Assembly (NCBI GenBank): GCA_951406725.2
Contig: OX597827.1
Location: 60,636,001 to 60,700,000, forward strand
Length of the DNA: 64,000 bases
DNA from: Octopus vulgaris
Taxonomy: Eukaryota
Direction of reading: 5' to 3'
In this document: one piece after another, positions 27,426 to 40,175 of the stretch
Position numbering within the stretch: the first letter of the stretch is position 1
Layout: the number at the start of each line of letters is the position of its first letter
Notes under the pieces: model-generated
The model's input: the letters and a program-made list of their open reading frames with translations, nothing else
What the model was told of the DNA's origin: nothing
The model's database searches: none
Program-made: the position numbers and the translations under genes

Positions 27426-28272
27426 GGATTGTAATTTCAGGGAAATATATTTTCAGCTTGCCATTTCAAGTTCGGTAGATTATCTTTCCTTTTTTACACG
27501 CGCGCGCGTGTGTGGCCTTTGCTCCATCTTCACAGATGATCGTCGTTTCCTTGTGCTTCTTAGCTGTCAATGGCATTTCTGATTTTGCGTCCGTGACCTC
27601 TCAAATGCCTATTCAATCCCGTTACAGATCTACCCGGTTTGAAGCATAGGCGACAACTGAAAGTAGAAGCTTTCTGTGTCCTTCCACATGGTTAGGTCTG
27701 CACACGTCTCCGCTCTTCCATTACCGTAAGACTTACAGTACATGGAATGACAAAAGACGTCACCATAAAGAGACATCTGTTGGTCTTTGAATGAATTATA
27801 GTGATAAACGTTTGTAGAATACGAGTATCATCCCCCGAGTCTCTGTGATTAGTACCCAGTGACAGGCCGAAGCGAATTGACCAGGAATCACGAGAAACCA
27901 CAGGTTTCACATCAGTGTGACTCTCTCCTAGAAGGATGCCGTGACAACAGCTAGACGCCCTTCGCTCCCAGTGGCTTGACTGCGCACCCTGACATCAACC
28001 AAGCGTACTTCTGCGTTCCTGTACTAGATCGGTGGGATCCAGACATGCGCTACTACTCCGGGTCACAGTAGTCCTGGGAACAATAGTACACACACACACA
28101 CATGCACGCACGCACGCACATACACACACAGATACATACAACCATACGTACACACGCTCACACACACTCACACGCACACACACACACTCACACATAAATA
28201 CATGATGGCCGTCCACTCGTGACCGAGGTAAACCATACTGACCTTTAGGAACATTGTACGCTCAAGACTACC

Positions 28273-28590
28273 TTATACTTTACACTTGCGGTTCCGTTGG
28301 TGACTAAGGAGCCCTGCTCTTGACAAACATACACGACTACAAACATTGCAGACCAAGCTTTCCCCATTCACTACGCTAGAAGTGCATTTTCGAGCAGCAT
28401 GTTTAAATTCTTCATGAAGAATACGTGCTCTTTCAAAGGTATCGGCTCTCCCCTTTGTCTGTTTCCTCCATCCATGGCGATGACAAGCATTGCTCTCCCA
28501 GTTATCCCCCCGCATTTCACTGGTCTTTAATGAGAACTTAACACAGTCCTCAAATCGCAGTCTTGGCTTCTGCCGGGATCGCTTTCCACA
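28273..28590 (-). mobile_element. RTE/BovB-like LINE C-terminal fragment with C2H2 finger
   Basis: GKRSRQKPRLRFEDCVK...WESNACHRHGWR...CNVCSRVCLSRAGLLSHQR; interrupted at its 5' side by a SINE A dimer (~28590-28920). Confidence 0.85.
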
Positions 28591-29390
28591 TAGAGGAGAC
28601 AAACAAGGACAGACAAACGGATTAAGTCGATTATATCGACCCCAGTGCGTAACTGGTACTTATTTAATCGACCCCGAAAGGGTGAAAGGCAAAGTCGACC
28701 TCGGCGGAATTTGAACTCAGGACGTAGCGGCAAACGAAATACCTATTTCTTTATTGCCCACAAGGGGCTACACACAGAGGGGACAAATGTGAACAGACAA
28801 ACGGATTAAGTCGATTATATCGACCCCAGTGCGCACCCTGGGACTCAGAACGTAGCGGCAGACGAAATACTGCTAAGCATTTCGCCCGGCGTGCTAACGT
28901 TTCTGCCAGCTCGCCGCCTTAATCTCACAATTCTACCGATCAAATGAAACAAGGGAGGTTACTCTGTTTTTACTGTTAAAAACTTGCTCCATATATTGTT
29001 TCTTGAAAGTCACAGCATCTGTGATCCGTGACCATTTTTTTCCTTCTTTTTTACTTGTTTTAGTCATTAGACTTCGGCCATGGTGGGGCACCGCTTTGAA
29101 GAAATTTTAGTCAAACGAATCGACTCCAGTACTCATTTTAAGCCAGTTACTTTTGTCGAACCGCTAAGTTACGAGGGCGTAAACAAACTACCACAAGTTG
29201 TCAACCGGCAGCAGGGCACACGCACACACACACACACACGACGGGCTTCTTTCAGTTTCCGTCTACCAAAATCCACTCACAAGGATTTGGTCGGCCCGAG
29301 GCTATAGTAAGTAGAAGACACTTGCCCAAGGTGCCACGCAACGGTACTGAACCCAGAACCATGTGGTTGGGAAGCTAACTTCTTAATTTA

Positions 29391-29498
29391 AATACCGGCA
29401 TGGACATGGCCAGTCTGAAGGAAGCGGCCCAAGATAGAACTGACTGGAGGACACTGATCCAACGAGTGACCGAGAGTCGACTTCGACTGAGCGGATAG
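29391..29498 (+). mobile_element. BovB-like RTE extreme 3' end
   Basis: TGMDMASLKEAAQDRTDWRTLIQRVTESRLRLSG* followed by (GA)n. Confidence 0.7.
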
Positions 29499-29532
29499 AG
29501 AGAGAGAGAGAGAGATATGCATGTATGTATGC

Positions 29533-29565
<33 letters not shown>

Positions 29566-32500
29566 TGTATGTATGTATGTATGTATGTATGTATGTATGT
29601 ATGTATGTATGTATGTATGTATGTATGTATGTATGTATGTGTATGAGTCGTCCAAGTCGTCCGCTCTGAAAAGAATTTTTACTTTTTATTTTTCAGAAGA
29701 CACTTTAAACAAACACATCCAAAGGAATTACGGATTTTGGCACACTAGATAATTTTCAACTATTCCATAGGATTTTATGTATATCTGTATCTGTCTGCAT
29801 TTTTTCTTCTTTCTTTCGTTTTTAATTATAGATTTATCATATACATACGTATTATATATGTAATTATTAAATTCAAATCTTAATTTTCATGGAACATTTC
29901 TAAAATAAAACTGTGTGTGTGTGTGTATTTTGTATTTCATTTAAATATAGTCATTAGACCAAAATATCTTTATCTGCCTTTCTATTTCCATACCAGCTCG
30001 ACAAAGATCGTTATTATAGCCGATTTTTTTTTTAAACCGGAGGCACCTGTACTTGATGAAGGGAGTTACAAGTTCTAGCTTATCTATATCGCGCTTGCTT
30101 TAGCTTTCCTCCCCTACATACACATTATGCATACATACACACACATATCCATCCGCCCATTCATCCATGCAGGCATGCATACATGTCGGTTGGTACATGT
30201 GTGTATGTACAGTATGGTGTATTAAGTCGCACTATTTGATACTTGATTTTAACTGGAAAAATTGGGTGCGCTTTATATACATGTAAATACTGTATGTGCC
30301 TGTGTGTGTATATATACATACACGTACTCTCTCTCTCTTTCCCTCCCTCTCTCGCGCGCGCTTCAGTCTGCAACAATGCGGTGCCTTGCTCGCTGCCTTG
30401 ACAGTTTCTTATTCAATATTATCTACCCCATTCGGATGGCGAGCTGGCAGAATCATTATCACGCTGGACAAAATGCTTAACTGCGTTTCGTCCGACTTTA
30501 CGTTCAGAGTTCAAATGGCGCTGAGTTCGATAAAATAAGTACCAGTTACGTAATGTGGGGTTGCTGTAATCGACTTGTCCTCTCCTTCGAATGTGCTGGT
30601 CTTTGTTTCAAAATTTGAAATCTATGTTATCGACCGCAGTTCTTATTTTAACGCACAGGATATAAGCACAGTTATTTCAAGTGGTGCCAAGCCCTAAGGC
30701 TCTCATGGCGAGCTGGCAGACACGTTACCGCGCCGGGCGAAATGCTTAGCGGTATTTCGATTGTCGTTACGTTCTGAGTTCAATTTCCACCGAGGTCGAC
30801 TTTGCCTTTCATCCTTTCGGGGTCGATAAATAAAGTACCAGTTTCGCACTGGGGTCGATGTAACCGACTTAATCCGTTTGTCTGTCCTTGTTTGTCCCCT
30901 CTATGTTTAGCCCCTTGTGGGCAATAAAAAAAAATATATATAGGCACACACAAAGTACAAAATATGTTAAGACCATAGTTTGAATTTCTTTGATCATAAG
31001 TCTACTCATTCGGAACTAATTTGGGACTAAGCAACCGTGTAGTCGATCCACATGTTAGAAATAGTAACCAGACCTTTCAATAATTACATTTTACTGTCTT
31101 CAAAATTGAAGTGTATTTAGTCCTAGATACACTATGTCAACACATGGTGCAACGTCATGGCTGTAATGCCTTTCTTTGATCAAAAGTTTTTTTAATCAAG
31201 GCCGACCAGGTGCGAAACAATAACAACCAGCGTCTTTACAGGTGTTTGTGTTCCCCAACTTTCTTCTGCCCCTCCCTAACTTTCTTTAGAATACATATTC
31301 TTTTAAATGAAATTTCCCAGATACATTTTATATAGTGCAGATTATGCATCTAAAGTATATGCTTGGAAAATGTTTTTTATACACTTAAAAAAAAAGTTAT
31401 GGGGAAACAAAGCCGGGAAGAGTGGGACATGCTTCTGTAGTTGCGCCCATAAACTGTATAATTTATGGTTATTGTTTTGTGTATAGCACTGAGCTACAGT
31501 CTTCGGTAGAAAGTCCTATTTGGCAAGACAGGGGAGACCTTGTTGCAGCTCCAGCAAAAAACTTCAACCAAAAAATACTGTAATACTTACTGATCTGACT
31601 GCCATAAGGAATTTAGGGGCCATGTTTCTGTACATCTTTGACAGTAGTCGGACAGACAGCGGACTATGTATTACTTGAGTGCTAAGTCAGGAAAAAAAAA
31701 AGCCCTCTAGTTGAATAGAATCGCCACCGTTTGTGTGTACGTGCTGATTGACGAGTTAAGAGCATGAAAAAACTGACAACTGTTTTAAAATAGGTAATAT
31801 TACTATCGGTCGTTATATTAACGCCATGACACTAGTAGATATCTTAGAAAACTATTTACTTTGATCAAACACATTGATGATCAAAAGACATTCCAGCCGT
31901 GACTATCATTTAAAAAGAAAATTTTGTGTTGCCGATTGTATAACTGGTAATATTATCCATTGTCTTTTATTTTTGTAGACGATAGCGTGTGTGGGATATC
32001 TAGCTACTATTTCTAGGCGTTCGAGACACCACGTAGAGACTCCCTCGTTGAGTTTTGGGGAATGGTGTCGGTGGAAATATGGGATGGGAGGGAAAGTAAT
32101 GTCAAGAAAGGTGTTAGGTAAAAGCTGACATTACGTGACTGGTTCAGTGTCTTAGATTAGACGGTAGTTTGCTTTGATAGAGAATAATGGAGGTTGAGGT
32201 GAAGAAAGCAACGTCTGGCAATTGTATGGCGCTGAGGTGGTGGAACGAGTGTGAGAGCTATAAAGACAGAACGATGGACAAGGATTAGAAAGACAGATGA
32301 TACATATAGTTAGACTGTTCGAAAAAAGAACTAAAATGATAGACAGGATATCGATCTTCGTCATCACCATCACCACTGTCACTACCATCATCATTTAACG
32401 CCCATTTTCCATACTGGGATGGGCTGGACAGCTTGACAAGAACTAGCAAGGGCAGGGGCCGCATCAGGTTCCATAGTCTGTTTTGGCATGGTTTCTATGG

Positions 32501-32699
32501 CTGGATGCTCTTCCTAATGCCAACCACTTTTAAGAACGTACAAGTGACTTAAAATTAGTTGTACATCCTTATTTTCCGATTGCAACTTGTGCTTCAGACA
32601 GGACTCTACACAAGACCAGAAGTATTTGAAAAGTGGTATTTATAGTACATAGTAGGGATACTGTGATTGAGATAGTTATAGAAACACTTACATTAGAAA

Positions 32700-33448
32700 G
32701 GCGGCGAGCTGGCAGAAATGTTAGCACGCTGGGCGAAATGCTTGGCGGTATTTTGTCTGCCCCTACGTTCTGAGTTCAAATTCTGCCGAGGTTGACTTTG
32801 CCTTTCATCCTTTCAGGGTCGATAAATTAAGTACCAGTTACGCACTGGTGTCGATATAATTGACTTAATCCCTTTGTCTGTCCTCTCTGTGTTTAGCCCC
32901 TTGTGTGTAGTAAAGAAATAGGTATTTTGTCTGCCCTACGTTCCGAGTTCAAATTCCTCCGAGGTCGACATTGCCTTTCATCCTTTCAGGGTCGATAAAT
33001 TAAGTACCAGTTACACACAGGGGTCGATGTAATCGACTTAATCCGTTTGTCTGTCCTTGTTTGTCCCCTCTGTGTTTAGCTCCTTGTGGGTAGTAAAGAA
33101 ATAGGTATTTCGTCTGCCACTACGTTCTGAGTTCCAATTCCACCGAGGTTGATCTTGCCTTCATCCTTTCGGGGCCAATTAAATAAGTACCAGTTACGCA
33201 CTTGGGTCAATATAATCAACTTAATCCGTTTGTCTTCTCTGTGTTTAGCCCCTTGTGGGTAGTAAAGAAATAGGTATTTCATCTGCCGTTACGGTCTGAG
33301 TTCAAATTCCGTCGAGAATTTTTTTTTTCCTTTCATCCTTTTGGGGTCAATAAATTAAGTACCAGTTAGGCACTGAGGTCAATATAATCGACTTAATCCC
33401 TTTGTCTGTCCCCTCTATGTTTAGCCCCTCATGGGCAATAAAGAAATA
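32700..33448 (+). mobile_element. SINE family A head-to-tail tetramer with 20-bp TSD
   Basis: Junctions at 32920/1, 33103/4, 33272/3; TSD AGAAAC(A/G)CTTACATTAGAAA at 32680-32699 and 33449-33468. Confidence 0.9.
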
Positions 33449-34181
33449 AGAAACGCTTACATTAGAAAACCTTTTCACATGAGATTACACCATGACCAAT
33501 GTAATGAAAATCCCTGCAAGGGCCATTTCTTGTTGCAATGTGGTGATTTGTGTGTCTTTCAATGATCCTGAGAGCTATGCCAATGGAGCACAAGCCCATG
33601 AATTGTTCAACTTATAGAGGCTAAACAAATATGGACCACCTGTTCCCAGAAGCAAAAATGTTTGCATACGATCGACACCTCTGTCTTCTATGCTAGCATA
33701 GCATGGGTTGAAAAGTACTGTAGGATCTGAAGGGCTGCAGGATTGTGTTGAACTCGTATTTTTCTTTTCCTGTAAAAAGCATCATGTAAAAAGTACCCAG
33801 TCCACTCTGTAAAGTGGTTCGTATAAGGAAGGGCATCCAGCCATAGACACCTTGCCAAAACAGTTGAGTGGAACCTGGTGCAGCACTCAGGGTTGCCAAC
33901 TCATGCTAGCATGGTAAATGGATGTAAAATGAGGATATATACAGGGAAAGGGAGAGACACAAGGCAATATACACTCAAAAGATGTGTATATGCATTTCAT
34001 CTGTTTTTGCTTTACATCAACTTGAAATCAATAAATGATACTAGCGTTTTTATTTATTTAACTAAGCTGTGTTTTGTAAATTATTTCATCAGTATAATAA
34101 ACTAATTACAATTCTACCATTTAGTGATACAAATATTCTAGCAAGTCAATTGCATGCATAAACACATACATTGTTCATGTA

Positions 34182-34696
34182 CCGTAAATCCTCGAGTATA
34201 GTCCGCCCTTGAGTATAACACGCAGGGGATTTTTAGAGGGCTGTACTTCTGAAAAACTTAAACCTTGTGTATAATATGCACCCCTTCTCTAACTGGAGTC
34301 AAGGAGGTCTATATAATGTCCTTGGTTTGTAAAAATGTATACGGTAACGTCCTTTATTATTATTGTACATATAACACAATGCAAACGTGTAGCTTTTTTG
34401 TGCATTTTTTTTGTTGCAGAAAATAAGGAAGTAACAGTAATAACGTTTAATGAATGTTGCTTACTGCAAGTTATGGATGATTCTTTTATGACTTCATTGC
34501 TTTCAGGCTTAGCTTAAGGTATTTTCGTGCCCAACATCACAAAATGCATCTGAATAAACATAGCCAAACAGCAAATAGACACTCGGACATTGCTTAGAAA
34601 ATAATTTTCATTTTTAACCTCGTGTATAATACGCACTAGGGATTTTGACCTTTAAATTTTGGGAATAAAATGCAGATTATACTCGAGGATTTATGG
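34182..34696. mobile_element. pogo/Tigger-like MITE
   Basis: TIR CCGTAAATCCTCGAGTATA / TATACTCGAGGATTTATGG with TA on both sides. Confidence 0.85.
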
Positions 34697-36853
34697 TATG
34701 TGTTTATGCATGCTTGTATGTTGTTCTCTGATTTTAATTATTTGAAATCTTCCTCTGAGAAAGGTTTCTAACAAAGATATGAAACTCTGTTGTTGGAATA
34801 TAGAGAACAAAAATCAAATTCATGTTTTAAACTTGAGAAAAATTTTGCATATTTACTCTGTTCTGCTTTTAGATTGTATTTGTAACATGCACTCCCAACT
34901 CTGTCCAGCTCATGGAAACATGGAAGAGTGGACATTTAATGACGAAGATGATGATGAGGAGGTTGAGGAGGATAAACATGAGTAAAAAAAAGCCACAGAT
35001 AAAGAAGGGCAAATAAATAAAGAAATGACATTTTTAGTGTTTTCAGAACATTTTATTAATAAAGTAATACATAACACACATATACACCATTGTTTGTGAG
35101 TATACAGGAATTGTTTAGGTGAAGGTGATAGAAACCGAATGTCTTCCAGTATTTTACCCTACCTCTCAATGTCCTGGGTTCAAATCCAACTAAGGTTAAA
35201 TAATACCAGTCACATATTAGGGATCGTCACTCTACAAGTTGTTATAGGCCTTATTGCCAATTATTATAGGGCACTTTGATAAAATGTCTAGGATTTGGCA
35301 CAATGCTGAGTGTTGTGTTTAAATGTGTTGTTGCACTCCTGTATTAATATTTTATTGCATGTGCCATGTGAAGTAATGCGAAGGTGTGTGGCCCAGTGGT
35401 CAGGGTGTTGCAATCACAATCATAAGATTGCAGTATCAATTCCCAGACAAGGTAGTGCATTGCGTTCTTGAGCAAAGCACTTGATTTCACATTGCTCTGC
35501 AAACACTTTGAAAGCTGACATTTGGTGCACCACGTGCCCGTACGTGGAAAATCAGTTTGCTGGTAGGAGTAGCAAATGTATAAGACAAACATTTGAACAC
35601 TGTAAACGAACACACAGTAAAGTCCATGGAGAAAACACACGTTGCATGAATGTGTGTTTATGAGAGCTGTAGTGCTACAGTTACATGCCTTTCAGCGTGA
35701 AATTACATATGAGGTACTAGGAGTATGGCTGTATTTTCTATTGTCACTGTCTATATAAAACTGTTATATACAACAGAAGCAAACAGCATTAGATTGAAAT
35801 ACCCATTTGTGTATCCATACTTAAGGTTAATACATTGTGATAGGCAAATTAACTCTGGTCTTCATCCTGAGATGGAGGTGAGCCTCAGGCTGACCAAAGC
35901 CTTGTGAGTGGATTTGGTAGATGGAAACTGAAAGAAGCCTGTCATATATATATATGTGTGTGTATATGTTTGTCCCCCCAACATAGCTTGACAACCAATG
36001 CTGGTGTATTTACATCCCTGTAACTTAGCGGTTCGGCAAAAGAGACCGATAGAATAAGTACTAGGCTTACAAAGAATAAGTCCTGGGGTTGATTTGCTCA
36101 ACTAAAGGTGGTGCTCCAGCATGGCAACAGTCAAATGACTGAAACAAGTAAAAGAGTATAGTGGTCATTTTTGCTGAACCACTAAGTTATGGGGATGTAA
36201 CAAACCAACACTAGTTGTGAAGTGGTGAAGGTGGGGACCAAACTCAAAGACACCTCCACACACACACGATGGGCTTCCACACAGTTTCCATCAAACAAAT
36301 TCACTCAAAAAGCAGTGGTTGGCTTGAAGCTATAATAGAAGACACTAACACTGTAGGACTGAATTTAAAACCGTGTGTTTGCAAAGGGGCAGGCAAACCT
36401 GCACCTTACTGTAATAATTTTTTTTTTTTTTTTTAAAAAGGGCTACTGAGCCTGAGTACATTGAGGTTGGAAAATATGAAAAGCAAATTTAACTCAAGTT
36501 GGATTTGAACACACAATCTAAAAAACACTACCTAAACATTGATTTTTACAATATTTGATTTGAAACTCTTGTCTTGGTTATCTCAGCAGAACAAAATATT
36601 TGTTATAGTTTTATGATCAAAGAAAGGCATTACAGCCGTGACGTTGCACCATGTATTAACATAGTGTATCTAGGGCAAGAATGCACTTTAATGAAGAGAG
36701 TAAAATGTGATTATTGGGAGATTTAGTTATTATTTTGTAACGCTTATTTCTGTTGGAATGAACGTTACAAAAGTGTTTATTTAAATACATTAAATAGTTG
36801 CAATAAATAATCATAATATATTATAATGTATTATAATGATATAATATTGTTAT

Positions 36854-37222
36854 ACTTGGGGATGGTCATATTTTGCCAATTAAACTCACACACTATATAT
36901 TTGGTCCTTACTTCAGCTTTATTATTATTGGACCAGGAGGTGGTAGTGAGGTTATAGGGCCTTACTTTGGTTGAGAGTAAACATGATAAATTTTGTCCTA
37001 TTGCAATATATTTATATTAAATAGTCATTATATTGTTATAATGTTAAATAAATAGTTAAATAATTTGAGATATACTTATCCCCCTATTTTACTTGTTACC
37101 TCTTTTTCGTCATTTAATGTTTACACGAATGTGAAAACCCTTCGTCTCATCTTGTGTTGTCATTTATATTCTGATATGTCATTTGATGTATCTTTATATT
37201 AGCCCTTGTGGTCAATAAAAGA

Positions 37223-37266
<44 letters not shown>

Positions 37267-37957
37267 GTGGAGGCACATGGCTTAGTGGTTAGGGTGTCAG
37301 CGTCATGATCGTAAGATTCTGGTTTCGATTCCTGGACCGGGCGATGCGTTGTGTTCTTGAGCAAAACACTTCATTTCACATTGCTCCAGTCCACTCAGCT
37401 GGCAAAAATGAGTAACGCTGCAATGGACTGGTGTCCCGTCCAGCTAGGGAACACATACGCCATTGAAACCGGGAAACTGGGCCCATGAGCCTGGCTAGGC
37501 TTTAAAAGGGTGCATTTATTATATAACAAGTATATATAACATACAGAAAATAGCACTACTAGGCACTGCACATATCCAAGGCACACAGAGCTGCACTTGG
37601 TAGTGCAGTGAAAGCACTTGATAAAAATAAGACTACTGAATAATAATAATAATAATAATGATAATAATAATAATCCTTTTTATGAAATGCACAAGACCTG
37701 AAATTTTGGGGAAGGAGACTGTCAATTATATCAACCCCAGTATGTAACTGGTACTTGTTTCATTGACCCCGATAGGATGAAAAACAAAGTCAACCTTGGC
37801 AGATTTTGAGCTCAGAACATAGCAACAAGCAAAATACTGCTAAGCATTTTGCCCAGCACAGTAACGATTCTGCCAGCAGGCCACCTTGATAATGATATTA
37901 AAGATCAAAACATACAATGCGTGTGTTTAATTGGCAAAATATGACCACCCCCCAAGT
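36854..37957. mobile_element. Probable TIR element with nested LINE tail and SINEs
   Basis: ~35-bp inverted repeats ACTTGGGGATGGTCATATTTTGCCAATTAAAC / GTTTAATTGGCAAAATATGACCACCCCCCAAGT; TSD not resolved. Confidence 0.5.
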
Positions 37958-38213
37958 TTGACAATATGTTTCAACACATGATTTCACATCATCTTGCAAG
38001 ACAAATACATAAACATAATAAATTGATATAAATAACCATAAAAAAAAAATTATTATATAGTCTAAACATAGTTATGATATTAATTAAGAAAATTGGGTTG
38101 TCGAATTCATTTTTTTTTTTTTCCAATTATTTTAATCCTTTCCATGTTATTTGAATTAACAGGAAAAATATCCTTATTATGTTGTTTTATGGGTTCTATT
38201 TTTAATAGTCTTT

Positions 38214-38334
38214 GAAATTTGAATAAACTTTTACCTCTTTTCAGAAATTTGAATAAATTTTTACCTCTTTTCAGAAATTTGAATAAATTTTTACCTCTTT
38301 TCAGAAATTTGAATAAATTTTTACCTCTTTTCAG
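38214..38334. repeat. 30-bp minisatellite x4 (GAAATTTGAATAAATTTTTACCTCTTTTCA)
   Basis: Direct reading. Confidence 0.95.
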
Positions 38335-40026
38335 ACATACAACAATGGGGCATCAAGTAGAAAACAAAAATGAATGAATTTAGCTGACAATTCAATAAAA
38401 GTCACAATAAATATTTTATTTAAATAGTCAAGGCATAGTTATGATATAAAAATATAATAAACAGCTACAATAAATAGTCATGAAAATTATCTTACATGAA
38501 ATAATCATTATATAATTGATATCAATAAATATATTTTGCTACAAAACGTATTAGATATTAAATAGTCATTATATTGTTATAATGTTAAATAAATAGTTAA
38601 ATAGTTATAATAAATATTGGTTTCAAATTTTGGCACAAGGCCAGCAATTTTCGGAAAGGGTTAAGTCGATTACATCGACCCCAGTGCTCAACTGGTACTT
38701 ATTTTAGCAGCCCTGAAAGGATGAAAGGCAAAGTCCACCTTGACAGAATTTCAACTCAGGATGTAACGATGGATGAAATGCTACTAAGCATTTTGCCCAG
38801 CATGGTAACAATTTTGCCAATTTGCTGCCTTATTGTATAATAAATACTAAAAGTGTACTTAGTCACAAAAAACACTTCATATTAAATAATCATATTGAGA
38901 TATCAAATAAATATAAGTTACGAAAATATCTTATGTTACACAATGAACATTTTGTATTAAATAATTTCGATATTGTTATGATATTAAATAACTGTAATAA
39001 ACAGTTATAATAAATATATTATTATAATAGTTTTAAACATTTTATGGTATGCTAATGATTCTGCCAGCTCGCTACTTTCTTATAATTAATAATATTAAAT
39101 CGTTTTCATAAGCGATAGTAACAAACATAGTAGTGGAATAATTCTTTTGTGGAAAAGTGAATCTTGAAGCTATTAATAAAGCTATAAATAATAGTGTATA
39201 AACAGTGGATTAAAAAAATCCTTAGAGCAGGTTAGTTAGATTTTGGAAATTAGTATAGGGCAAGGGCAAGAATTTAGGGTAAAAGTTAGCCCTGGGATAG
39301 CCAGTGTTAGATTACATTCAGTTTTAGGAGAAAGGTTATTGATTAGAGTAAAGAGTTGGAGCTTGGGTTTTAGTTCTAAAACAGAAATTAGTGTTAGTTT
39401 ATTGTGGTATTTCATACAGAATTTATATCCAGTATTTACAGAATGCCTGAAAAATACTTTCTAAATTAAGTAGAAAAAAAAAATCAAGGAAGATCAAACA
39501 ACAATATAAACAAAAGTAAAAAAGAATAAACTCACCTCAACAAACTGAATTTTTCAAATCAACAAAACAAATTATAATTGAGTTTATAAACAATGGAAAC
39601 AAAAATTAACTTGAAAAAATAGAAATTCAAATTAAAATGAACAGATCTTAAATAAATGTTTTGTAATTATTTTAGAAAGAAGTTCCTTTCCAGGCATGAA
39701 TTTATTTGAGGGCACCCATGGTCCACACACATATACGCTTGGGGCCCAGACCATTTGAAAAAAAAAAAAATATCCTATGTTTCAAACACAGATCAGTTGT
39801 ATTTTAAAAATCCTTTCTACTATAGGCACAAACACTGAAGCTTGACACACTCTTCTGAGCTGTTGGATCCTGACAAACCATTTAATCCAAACCAGCATGG
39901 GAATCAGACACTAAATGATAACGATGGTGAGTGAAAGATGGAACCAAATATCACATATTTTGTTTAATGCCTTTAACTTTTATTTATTTCTTTTTTATAC
40001 CTTATTGAAATATATATACATGTATA

Positions 40027-40115
<89 letters not shown>

Positions 40116-40139
40116 CATTAAAAGGCTTCCAAATACTAT

Positions 40140-40175
<36 letters not shown>

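Noticed and set aside
31590-31710. U-rich CTGAC...GTCAG resemblance to the telomerase RNA pseudoknot (minus strand)
   Set aside because: No CTAACCCTAA template upstream and no A-rich triplex strand.
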